Below, piece after piece: positions 48,000 to 56,064 of a stretch of DNA of 64,000 nucleotides (its first letter is position 1; every line of letters begins with the position of its first letter). Source of the DNA: an uncultured Candidatus Saccharibacteria bacterium (GTDB taxonomy: Bacteria; Patescibacteriota; Minisyncoccia; Phycocordibacterales; UBA5272); contig CAZEIK010000004.1 in the NCBI GenBank assembly GCA_964512315.1, forward strand, positions 8,198-72,197, given 5' to 3'. The notes beneath the pieces are model-generated. The model made no database searches. It was not told the DNA's origin and saw nothing but the letters and a program-made list of their open reading frames with translations. A program made the position numbers and the translations under genes.

Positions 48000-48452
48000 C
48001 TACGTCAGCGTATAGCTGGCGGTAGCCGGTTGATTTTGCGCCCGGGCCTCGTTCGGCGTGCTCGCCGTTGCCCAGGATCCGTTCACGGCTGTCGTGTAGT
48101 AGCTCGATGCGTACACCGACTTGGAGCTGTCGACCTGACCGGTGTCGAAGCGTGAAGCCTTCTGTTCGCCGGTGGTGCCGGCGCTACCGTAGAAGCTGAT
48201 CACTGTCGGCACAACGGTCCACCCGGAAGCCGTTACGTTGGCGGTCTGATCGTTCAGGCCTTCGTTGCACGCACCTTGTTGCACCGAGCCCGTCGAGACG
48301 TTGATCGTGTCGAAAGCGGCTTCTTGCGCATTCAGCGCGACGGCGGGTTCGGTCGAGAGCTTCGTGATACCGGCAACGGAAGCGTTCGCAGGACCAGCGA
48401 TGCACAGTGCGGCAGCGGCCAATGAGGCCGCGAGTGACAATTTCAACTTCAT
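48000..48452 (-). CDS. Secreted hypothetical protein encoded on a GC-rich (~60%) foreign island
   Basis: 150 aa. Signal peptide MKLKLSLAASLAAAALCIAGPANA|SV. Ala/Thr/Ser/Gly-rich mature part. Strong SD (AGGAGA-N6-ATG). Codon usage is GC3-rich, unlike every other gene in the window. Confidence 0.6.
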   Translation of the reverse strand: MKLKLSLAASLAAAALCIAGPANASVAGITKLSTEPAVALNAQEAAFDTINVSTGSVQQGACNEGLNDQTANVTASGWTVVPTVISFYGSAGTTGEQKASRFDTGQVDSSKSVYASSYYTTAVNGSWATASTPNEARAQNQPATASYTLT

Positions 48453-48546
48453 AACGTATCTCCTAGGAGTTGGTTGATTGTGGCAAGCACGGTTCTGATA
48501 TTGCTAACCATGTACAAGTCCACTATTAATAATACACCCTAATCTA

Positions 48547-48562
48547 AATATTTGCAAATATT
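48547..48562. promoter_or_regulatory. Perfect 16-bp palindrome (aatatttgcaaatatt), a candidate operator overlapping a TTGACA -35-like hexamer
   Basis: Lies ~95 nt upstream of the island gene start. Self-complementary on inspection. Adjacent TTGACA at 48562–48567 on the minus strand. Confidence 0.4.
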
Positions 48563-48570
48563 GTCAAAAG

Positions 48571-48602
48571 AAAAGGTGGCCCGCGAAGCGGGCCACCTTT
48601 TC
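48571..48602. terminator. Bidirectional rho-independent terminator
   Basis: aaaaggtggcccgc-gaag-gcgggccacctttt: a 14-bp GC-rich stem with A/T tracts on both sides. Confidence 0.75.
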
Positions 48603-48614
48603 TTTTCTGTTTTC

Positions 48615-48860
48615 TTAACCTTTTATATTTAGTAGCTCCTCCAGTTTTGGCTGATTGAAGCCGATAACCACATCATTACCAATCTTGATAACTGGCACAC
48701 CCATTTGACCAGTCATCTCTAACACCTCTTTTCTGCGCTCAAGGTCAGCAGCAACATCATGATCAACAAATTTTACATTGTTAGCTGTAAACCAATCTTT
48801 GGCCATATGGCAAAAGTGACATGTTGGAGTGCTGTAAATTTCTACTACTGTATCGTTCAT
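48615..48860 (-). CDS. Glutaredoxin-like protein (NrdH/YruB-type)
   Basis: 81 aa. CHFC redox motif in TPTCHFCHMAKDWF. Thioredoxin fold length. Confidence 0.75.
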   Translation of the reverse strand: MNDTVVEIYSTPTCHFCHMAKDWFTANNVKFVDHDVAADLERRKEVLEMTGQMGVPVIKIGNDVVIGFNQPKLEELLNIKG

Positions 48861-48875
48861 ATACAGCTGAGTTTA

Positions 48876-49322
48876 CTAAAAGTTAGTATAAGTTGCAAAT
48901 ATATACTTTATGCTATTAAAAACTTTAATATAAGTAGGCAGCTCGGTCGAGAGGACTTGTACCGGTGAAGAAGTTGGATCGTATAGAATCACGACTTTCT
49001 CGCCATCTTTGGCAACTGGCATGTTGTTACGCAGATACTCCTCTTGCCCTCTGTCTGTATTTAAAAATTCATATTCCCCTTGTCTCTTGCTTAACTTAGC
49101 ACTAACCACATCTCTCTCCGTCTTAGCACCTGAGAGCCTCTCACTTAGCTGACTCCATTTGGACAAAAATTGCAAAGACTCAATACAAAAATATATAGTC
49201 AAAAGTAAAAATAGTATTCCAGTTAGCTTAGAATATTTAATTATTTTCCAAATTTTCTTTTGTTGATAGGAAGACATTAACATGATATAGTGTACAGCAT
49301 GTTTTACAGACCTCAAAACCAA
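48876..49322 (-). CDS. FtsB/DivIC-like septum-formation membrane protein (tentative)
   Basis: 148 aa (shorter if started at an internal Met). TM segment, then coiled coil, then a C-terminal EEYLRNNMPVAKDGEKVV resembling the FtsB/DivIC beta-domain. Confidence 0.45.
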   Translation of the reverse strand: MVLRSVKHAVHYIMLMSSYQQKKIWKIIKYSKLTGILFLLLTIYFCIESLQFLSKWSQLSERLSGAKTERDVVSAKLSKRQGEYEFLNTDRGQEEYLRNNMPVAKDGEKVVILYDPTSSPVQVLSTELPTYIKVFNSIKYIFATYTNF

Positions 49323-49405
49323 AAGATAATCCGTGCTGTATTTGCAGTTATTTCAATACTGATGATGATTGGATTAATCGCGTCTTACTTCCTAGCTTTC
49401 TTCCG

Positions 49406-51196
49406 CTAAGACTTCATCATTTTAAGAAAAGTGTCGTGGCTGATGTGTACTTTACCTTCGGCAAGCATTCTCTTCTTACCCTCTTTTTGTTTCTCACGTA
49501 ATTTCATCTTGCGAGTAATGTCACCACCGTACAAGTGTCCTGTTACATCTTTTTTCATTGGAGCTATTGAGCGACTAGCAACTATTCTGCCTTTTATATA
49601 AGACTGTATCTTCACACGAAACATTTCTTTTGGAAGTATTTTTTCTAACTTCTCTACCACCTCCTCCGCCTCTTCTTGTTGTCTATATTCTGGTATAACT
49701 TTTGAAAAAGCCGCCACTCTCTCTTCTGCAACATACACATCCATTCTAGTAACACTGGCCGGTCTCATGTCTCCTGTCTCATATGACACAGATGCATAAC
49801 CGCTAGTTACACTCTTGATCTCGTCAAAGAAATTGCGCATCAACTCGCGCAGTGGCATGTCTAATGCCATACGCACCCTCTCGAATCCCCAGTCCTCCAT
49901 CTCCAAGACAGACGCTTCGTGCTTGTGCAATATTTCCATCACGTTACTAATATAGTCATGCGGTGTGATTACTGTTGTTAATATCCAAGGCTCTTTGACC
50001 GAGACAACATCACCATGATCTGGAAAATGTATCGGTGTATACACCATTTCTGTCTTGCCACCACGAGATGTGACTTCATATGTAATAGACGGACTAGTTA
50101 TAACAAGAGATAGTCCGAACTCTCTACGCAGTCTCTCTGTCACTATCTCCATATGCAGCATACCGAGGAATCCCGCACGGAATCCGCGCCCGAGCGCGCC
50201 CGATGACTCCTCCTCATAAGTAAGTGACGAGTCAGAAAGCCTCAACTTGCCAAGTGAAGTACGCAAGTCGTCGAAATACTCCTGGAACTCTGGATAAATA
50301 CTTGCGAACACGAGTGGTGTAGGCTCACTGTATCCAGGGAATGCTGGCATCTGATGAGCAAATGGAGTAATAGTGTCTCCAACCCTAGCCACACCCGGCT
50401 CCTTGATACCAGTTACAACATAACCTATCTCACCCTCATTAAGGCCATTATTCTCTACTTTTTGTGGGCGGAAATACCCAACTTCACGCACTATGAACTT
50501 GGCTTTGGATTGCAAGAATACAAATTCATCATTCTTCTTTATACCACCATCGAGCATACGCACATAAAGTATCACCCCTTGATGATTCGAATATTCAAAA
50601 TCAAAAATAAGCGCACGAGACCCATTCGAATCAATCAAAAACTTCTTAGGCTCAGGCACCTCTTTGGCTATAACTTCAAATAGGTCAACAACACCTTCAC
50701 CAGTCTTACCACTCACTGCATGTATATCCTCATATTCACAACCCAATATCTTCATTATCTCCTCCTTAGTATCATCAACTTTTGCAAGCGGCGAGTCTAT
50801 TTTGTTTACAACTGGTATGATACGTAGGCCGGCCTCCTTAGCCATCTCGAGCACTGTCATTGTCTGCGCCTGTACACCCTGAGTAGCATCCACCAAAAGT
50901 ATAGCCCCCTCCACCGCACGCAGACTGCGTGACACTTCATAAGAAAAGTCTATATGCCCAGGAGTGTCTATCAAGTTAAAAACAAATTCCTCACCAGCCT
51001 TAGACTTGTACAGCATTCTAACCGGGGTCATCTTGATCGTGATGCCGCGCTCACGCTCCAGCTCCATACTGTCCAAGATCTGATCCTGCATCAGCCTCCT
51101 GTCCACAGTAGCAGTCAGCTCGAGCATGCGATCAGCTAGTGTCGATTTGCCGTGGTCAATATGCGCAATGATAGAGAAATTTCTAATATTCACCAT
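49406..51196 (-). CDS. lepA: Elongation factor 4
   Basis: 596 aa. G1 motif AHIDHGKST. LepA-specific C-terminal domain. Confidence 0.92.
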   Translation of the reverse strand: MVNIRNFSIIAHIDHGKSTLADRMLELTATVDRRLMQDQILDSMELERERGITIKMTPVRMLYKSKAGEEFVFNLIDTPGHIDFSYEVSRSLRAVEGAILLVDATQGVQAQTMTVLEMAKEAGLRIIPVVNKIDSPLAKVDDTKEEIMKILGCEYEDIHAVSGKTGEGVVDLFEVIAKEVPEPKKFLIDSNGSRALIFDFEYSNHQGVILYVRMLDGGIKKNDEFVFLQSKAKFIVREVGYFRPQKVENNGLNEGEIGYVVTGIKEPGVARVGDTITPFAHQMPAFPGYSEPTPLVFASIYPEFQEYFDDLRTSLGKLRLSDSSLTYEEESSGALGRGFRAGFLGMLHMEIVTERLRREFGLSLVITSPSITYEVTSRGGKTEMVYTPIHFPDHGDVVSVKEPWILTTVITPHDYISNVMEILHKHEASVLEMEDWGFERVRMALDMPLRELMRNFFDEIKSVTSGYASVSYETGDMRPASVTRMDVYVAEERVAAFSKVIPEYRQQEEAEEVVEKLEKILPKEMFRVKIQSYIKGRIVASRSIAPMKKDVTGHLYGGDITRKMKLREKQKEGKKRMLAEGKVHISHDTFLKMMKS

Positions 51197-51236
51197 GCCA
51201 CTCTAGCATATTTTGTAAAGTTTTTCGAGCTTAATA

Positions 51237-52874
51237 TTACTCAACAGATTCTAAACTTTCTGATATTTGTGTACGCTCTTTCTTCCAAATTTTTAACTTA
51301 ATAGCTTGTTCCAGGGTTAAAATGTCCCTATTGTTAAATATTTTTAAAGTTATGTACCAGACAAACAGTCCGATCATGGCGGCGAGTGACATTTGTAGAA
51401 GAAGACCAATAGTGGTCTCATTTATTTTGTTCCAATCTTCAAATATATTTAATCCAAGATAAGCTAGGATGCCGCCGAACAAGCTGGAGACAACGCTGTG
51501 CCACAATGTCTCGTTTAATTTCAAATTCACATGCTTGCGCACAAAGAAATACAAAATAATAACTTCAACAAGACAAAGCAAGAAGAACACCACTGCGAGC
51601 GACACAGTTGGTACCGAGTCAGTACTTATATTCAAGATCTTGGCTAGATGTGGCGATATAGCATTAACAATATTTTTAAACGCGAACAAAAATATAAAAC
51701 TCTGAACAAATAATAACATCACCTCTATTGCCAGCTGAACATACACCACACCTCTTGCGAACAGTACTCTACTGAACAGCTTGCGTATAGCATCAAAGAC
51801 TAATGCGAATAAAAATATTGCAAATGTGGCAGCTATCAGCTTGGTTGATTGCCAGTCGAATACACCTGTGCCATAAATAATACGGACCAGGTGAGCTCTA
51901 AAAATGAAACCAAATACAGCAATAGGTATTATTATAAAAATAAAATAATTTAATATATTTGAAACAAAGTTATCAAGCTCAGCCTGACTCTTGAGGCTTG
52001 TTAACTTTGGATAAACAGTGACCAAATAACTCATAACAATGATGCTGACAGGTATCCAATAAAGATTATAAGAAAGATTATAAACAGATATAGCTCCAGC
52101 TGGCAAAAGTGACCCAGCTGTAGCAAAAGTCAAAAGCCTGAGCTGCTGCACACCGAGTGTTAACGACCTAGGGCCAGCAACAGAAGCAATCTCTCTAATG
52201 TGAGATAGAGAGAAGCTGAACCCATCCCACAACTTGTCTGGTATGCGTGACAGGCCAGCCAGATTAGAAAGCAGATGCAGTATCGCGCCACAGACTATGC
52301 CGAGACCCAGCCCAGATGCACCATACATAGGATAAAAGACTGCGACCCCTAATATGCCACCAAAATTATACAGAACAGGCGCCAGAGAAAAATAGAAAAA
52401 TCTTTCTTTGGTTTGTAATATTGCACCGACTACATATGAAGTAGCAAGAAAGATCGGCTGCAGCATGAGGACTCGAGTCATGTCTACAAGCATAGCCTTC
52501 TGATCCATGCTAAACCCTGGCACATACCAGTCGAGTGTATGAGGTATCAAGAAATACATAATCGCTGCAAAAAATGCCAATATCGCAGCTACGAAAATTA
52601 TAAGCGTGGAGAACATTTCTCCTAACTTTTTGTACTCACCACTGTCTATTAATTTAGAAAAAATTGGTATGATGGTGACTGCTGATATAACAGACATTAT
52701 TATTAGGTTAATAGTATCTGGTATGCGAAAAGCCGCATAATATGTATCGAGTATCTCACCAGGCCCAATCTGAGAAGCGAACAATCTATCCCTTATCATT
52801 CCAAGAATGAGTGATAGGAAATTGAAAGATCCAAGTACTAGCGCAGCATATAAAAGCTTTTTCTCTCCTTGCAT
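51237..52874 (-). CDS. murJ: Lipid II flippase MurJ/MviN
   Basis: 545 aa, 14 predicted TM segments. N-terminal …LGMIRDRLFASQIGPGEILDTYYAAFRIPD… MurJ signature. Confidence 0.85.
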   Translation of the reverse strand: MQGEKKLLYAALVLGSFNFLSLILGMIRDRLFASQIGPGEILDTYYAAFRIPDTINLIIMSVISAVTIIPIFSKLIDSGEYKKLGEMFSTLIIFVAAILAFFAAIMYFLIPHTLDWYVPGFSMDQKAMLVDMTRVLMLQPIFLATSYVVGAILQTKERFFYFSLAPVLYNFGGILGVAVFYPMYGASGLGLGIVCGAILHLLSNLAGLSRIPDKLWDGFSFSLSHIREIASVAGPRSLTLGVQQLRLLTFATAGSLLPAGAISVYNLSYNLYWIPVSIIVMSYLVTVYPKLTSLKSQAELDNFVSNILNYFIFIIIPIAVFGFIFRAHLVRIIYGTGVFDWQSTKLIAATFAIFLFALVFDAIRKLFSRVLFARGVVYVQLAIEVMLLFVQSFIFLFAFKNIVNAISPHLAKILNISTDSVPTVSLAVVFFLLCLVEVIILYFFVRKHVNLKLNETLWHSVVSSLFGGILAYLGLNIFEDWNKINETTIGLLLQMSLAAMIGLFVWYITLKIFNNRDILTLEQAIKLKIWKKERTQISESLESVE

Positions 52875-52920
52875 TTGTTAAAGATTATAACACGAAGCCG
52901 CCTGCGGAGCAGGCGGCTTC

Positions 52921-53230
52921 TCTACTTTTATAAGCCGAATTCTGTAATGTGTATTTGTGAAGATACACATTGATAGGTATTTTTCTTGCTTGCATGTTGC
53001 CATGCAAATCTTTTGCGACGACTCCAACACAAGGTTGGTACGGTCTTGCACACGAGTACGTATTTAGCCGTTTCAGCCGGACTGAACCGGGTCGTTTCTG
53101 TTCGCAACGCTGCAGTTGCCTGCGATGGGTATTACCCACTACTTTTGTTCTGAATAATTCAAAACTATGTGTTCGGACTTTCCTCACTCACCGAGCTAAA
53201 AGCTTGGATTTGCGCACCTATCAAAAGTAG
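52921..53230 (-). ncRNA. rnpB: RNase P RNA (bacterial)
   Basis: Minus-strand RNA with P4 5'-strand GAGGAAAGUCCGAAC (reverse complement of 53178–53192) and P4 3'-strand ACAGAAUUCGGCUUA (reverse complement of ~52931–52945). A GG→AA / CC→UU covariation is consistent between them. P1 formed by 5' CUACUUUU and 3' AAAAGUAG. GC-rich hairpin immediately 3'. Confidence 0.6.
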
Positions 53231-53232
53231 CA

Positions 53233-53664
53233 TTACCACTTTACCACGTCACCTAACTTTATATCAAGCTTATCTACCTCGCCAGCATTCAACTCCAATA
53301 CATACTGCGACGGCAATTCTGATGTGATTGTATTCGGATAACTTTCTTTTTTGACACTTTTCGCAATGCTTACGATTTGCCTATTGCTATCTATAAATAT
53401 CATATCCAGGTCAAACTTCATGTCTTTCATCCAGAATCTATTATCTCGCTCTTCACTGAACTCGAACAACATCCCACATTTAGAACACATCCCATAACGT
53501 CCAGACAGGCCTAGTTGCCTATCTCTGTCATTATTAACAACTTGAACCCAAAAGGTATTACTGTTTATGGATAGGCTATTCTTATAAGTGCCTCGCACTC
53601 CAAAATAATAAATAACTCCTATTGATAAAAATAAAATTATTAAACTTAAAAAAAGTTTTTGCAT
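53233..53664 (-). CDS. DUF192-family protein (COG1430, uncharacterised)
   Basis: 143 aa. N-terminal TM/signal segment. DUF192-like blocks (…LDMIFID…, YVLELNAGE). Confidence 0.6.
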   Translation of the reverse strand: MQKLFLSLIILFLSIGVIYYFGVRGTYKNSLSINSNTFWVQVVNNDRDRQLGLSGRYGMCSKCGMLFEFSEERDNRFWMKDMKFDLDMIFIDSNRQIVSIAKSVKKESYPNTITSELPSQYVLELNAGEVDKLDIKLGDVVKW

Positions 53665-53666
53665 TG

Positions 53667-53740
53667 TGGGCGATACAGGAGTTGAACCTGTGACCTTTTC
53701 TACGTCAAAGAAACGCTCTAGCCAACTGAGCTAATCGCCC
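53667..53740 (-). tRNA. tRNA-Val (anticodon GAC)
   Basis: Hand-folded. Acceptor GGGCGAT/ATCGCCC; D-arm GCTC-AGTTGGCTA-GAGC; anticodon stem TTTCT/AGAAA with loop UUGACGU; T-arm ACAGG-TTCAACT-CCTGT. Confidence 0.75.
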
Positions 53741-53773
53741 TCCGTTGTGAGGATGTACAAATATTAACACAAT

Positions 53774-54214
53774 TTATTCGTGATGATAAGCTGAGCCATT
53801 AAGTATCATATAACCACGGTATATCTGCTCATACAGCATCAACTTACACATAGCATGGGGCCAAACCATAAGACCAAAAGACATTGTGTAATTAGCCCTG
53901 TGTTGCAATTCTGCATCAACACCATAAGCTCCACCAACAATGAATACCAATCTCTTCTGCGAGTCTTGCATTCTATTATCTATCAACTCTGCAAATTCTT
54001 CACTTTTCAAATTACTCCCTCTCTCGTCTAATAATACAACATAATCATCTGATTTGATTAGCTTCATCATTCTTAGTGTTTCGTCTGACTTGTCACTGTG
54101 CGATAAGATTTCTTCTTCTACATTAACCCATTTTGAAAGTCTTTTCTTGTATTCATTTATATCATCCTGAAATGGTATGGACTTTTTAGAGACAGAAATA
54201 ATTAATATTTTCAC
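53774..54214 (-). CDS. rlmH: 23S rRNA (pseudouridine1915-N3)-methyltransferase RlmH (SPOUT)
   Basis: 146 aa. MKILIISVSKK…EYKKRL N-terminus and size typical of RlmH. Confidence 0.75.
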   Translation of the reverse strand: MKILIISVSKKSIPFQDDINEYKKRLSKWVNVEEEILSHSDKSDETLRMMKLIKSDDYVVLLDERGSNLKSEEFAELIDNRMQDSQKRLVFIVGGAYGVDAELQHRANYTMSFGLMVWPHAMCKLMLYEQIYRGYMILNGSAYHHE

Positions 54215-54278
54215 AGGAACATTCTAACACAAAAACACATCGAGAGTTCTCGATGTGTTTTTGTGTTAGAAACCCTAT

Positions 54279-54794
54279 TTAGCAATTACAAGTTTTAGAA
54301 CCGTCCTTGTGGTCACACATTCCTTTTGGACAGCCACATTTACCTCCCCAAAGAGAGTATCTACCTGGTCCTGAGAATATCATTCCAAATGACACAGCTA
54401 GAAGTAATAACTGATACTCGTAACCATTACCCATCATGCTGTAGCCATTAGCAAAGTGAACTTTGAAAATTGCTACAAGCATAACAATGGTAAGCAGAAC
54501 TGCTGCATACATTGTATACACTCCTAGAATTAGAAATGCTCCACCGATAACTTCTACAAGGCCAACGAACATCACCATGTTAGATCCACCAAGTCCGATT
54601 GAAGTGAAGAATGGCGCAAACATATCCGGATTAACAACTTTGCCGTATCCGTGGAATACAAAAGCAATACCAGCAACAACGCGAACGATCAGTAAGAATA
54701 CATTATGATTATATTGTTTTAAAAATTGCATAAGTGAAAGTAAGTCTATTAGACTTGAGTAAAGTATATAACATTTTTGTGTTATAATTGTCAC
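54279..54794 (-). CDS. DoxX-family membrane protein with a Cys-rich C-terminal tail
   Basis: 171 aa. DoxX motif VAGIAFVFHGYGKV. Tail CGCPKGMCDHKDGSKTCNC. The true start may be the internal Met at 54731. Confidence 0.6.
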   Translation of the reverse strand: MTIITQKCYILYSSLIDLLSLMQFLKQYNHNVFLLIVRVVAGIAFVFHGYGKVVNPDMFAPFFTSIGLGGSNMVMFVGLVEVIGGAFLILGVYTMYAAVLLTIVMLVAIFKVHFANGYSMMGNGYEYQLLLLAVSFGMIFSGPGRYSLWGGKCGCPKGMCDHKDGSKTCNC

Positions 54795-54797
54795 AAT

Positions 54798-55862
54798 ATG
54801 AAGATTTTGGCAATAGAAACAAGTTGCGACGAAACTGGAGTATGTATAATAGAATTCAAAAATAATTCTAACAATTTTAAAGTTCTATCTAATCTTCTCA
54901 TCTCTCAGATCGATATACATAAGGAATTCGGTGGCGTCTACCCTAATATGGCAAAGAGAGAGCACAGTAAGAACTTACCAATTCTAATACAAAAGTCACT
55001 ATCCGAAGCCAAAATCAAAATAGAAAATCTAGACGCAATAGCTGTAACCAATGGTCCTGGACTAGCTCCAGCCTTGTGGGTAGGAGTAGAAGAAGCGAAG
55101 AAGCTTTGCAAGGAACATAACATACCATTGTACGGCATCAATCACATGGAAGGGCATATTTACGCCTCTCTTGTTGAGGAGATAAAGAAAAACGAATACA
55201 AAATAACAGAACCAAAAATGCCAGGTATAGCATTGCTAATATCAGGCGGACACACCGAGCTAGTATTCATGCCAAGACTTGGTAAGTATCAAAAAATAGG
55301 AGAAACATTAGATGACGCAGCCGGTGAAGCTTTCGACAAGGCGGCCAGATCTCTTGGATTAGAATATCCTGGCGGACCAAAGATTTCTAAGTTAGCAGAA
55401 AGCGCTAGAAAAAGAGGTGTAGTAACTCCGGAGAATTTAAGACTGCCGAGACCAATGATTAACTCAAAGGACTTAAACTTTTCTTTTTCTGGATTAAAAA
55501 CAGCCGTAATGTACGCGGCACAGAAAACAGAAATTGACGACGACACAAGAGAGGTATTCTGCATGGAATTCGAGAACTCAGTGACAGACGTTATAACTAA
55601 AAAGTTGGAGACTGCTACCTTTCTATACAACGCTGAGTCAGTAATAATAGGTGGTGGCGTGTCAGCTAACACACACATAAGATCTGCTATTAATGAGGTG
55701 TGCAAAAGGGACTCGATTGATCTGTATTTACCTAAAAAGGACCTCTCTACAGATAATGCATTGATGATAGCCATAATCGCCATGGTCAAAGTTCTGAACG
55801 GCGCTACACCTGACTCAAGTGATACACTGGCCGCACAAAGCAATCTATCTATAGCAAATTAA
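54798..55862 (+). CDS. tsaD: tRNA N6-adenosine threonylcarbamoyltransferase TsaD (Kae1/Gcp family)
   Basis: MKILAIETSCDETGVCI N-terminus and HMEGH metal-binding motif. Start placed at ATG 54798 rather than 54777. Confidence 0.85.
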   Translation: MKILAIETSCDETGVCIIEFKNNSNNFKVLSNLLISQIDIHKEFGGVYPNMAKREHSKNLPILIQKSLSEAKIKIENLDAIAVTNGPGLAPALWVGVEEAKKLCKEHNIPLYGINHMEGHIYASLVEEIKKNEYKITEPKMPGIALLISGGHTELVFMPRLGKYQKIGETLDDAAGEAFDKAARSLGLEYPGGPKISKLAESARKRGVVTPENLRLPRPMINSKDLNFSFSGLKTAVMYAAQKTEIDDDTREVFCMEFENSVTDVITKKLETATFLYNAESVIIGGGVSANTHIRSAINEVCKRDSIDLYLPKKDLSTDNALMIAIIAMVKVLNGATPDSSDTLAAQSNLSIAN

Positions 55863-55959
55863 AACACTTTCTCTGTTCGCAAGCGAGGTGCTAACTCCAA
55901 CAACAAATGCCTTATGTGAGTGCGGTCGCTTGCGAACACAAAAAGTGTTCTTTTTTATT
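55863..55959 (+). terminator. Long interrupted hairpin plus T-tract immediately after tsaD
   Basis: Arms aacactttctctgttcgcaagcga / tcgcttgcgaacacaaaaagtgtt (12 + 8 bp) enclose a ~40-nt loop and are followed by cttttttatt. Confidence 0.5.
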
Positions 55960-55987
55960 ATAACAAAAATACTATTTTGCACAAACA

Positions 55988-56012
55988 TAAAACCCGCCGA
56001 ATGGCGGAGTTT
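55988..56012. terminator. Bidirectional rho-independent terminator
   Basis: aaaacccgcc-gaat-ggcggagtttt. It serves the minus-strand 795-aa gene. Confidence 0.6.
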
Positions 56013-56064
56013 TATGAGGACATTTGTTGTTGTTGTAAGTCGCACACTTAATGCGCTCACCAGA

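Noticed and set aside
48000-48452. Assigning the GC-island protein to the SCPU/Csu-pilin (spore-coat-U) family or another named family
   Set aside because: Only superficial resemblance: a signal peptide plus a Thr/Ser/Ala-rich ~125-aa mature part. No convincing motif match by eye, so it is left as a hypothetical secreted protein.
52885-53230. 100-aa (minus) and 86-aa (plus) ORFs from the track
   Set aside because: Both lie entirely within the RNase P RNA gene (conserved P4/P1 elements identified). No RBS. Composition is typical of structured RNA.
54777-54797. 18-nt head-to-head overlap between DoxX (54794) and the tsaD ORF start (54777)
   Set aside because: The TsaD homology begins at MKILAIETSCDETG (ATG 54798), so the overlap is an ORF-calling artefact. 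The DoxX start may itself be the internal Met at 54731, but this could not be resolved from sequence alone.
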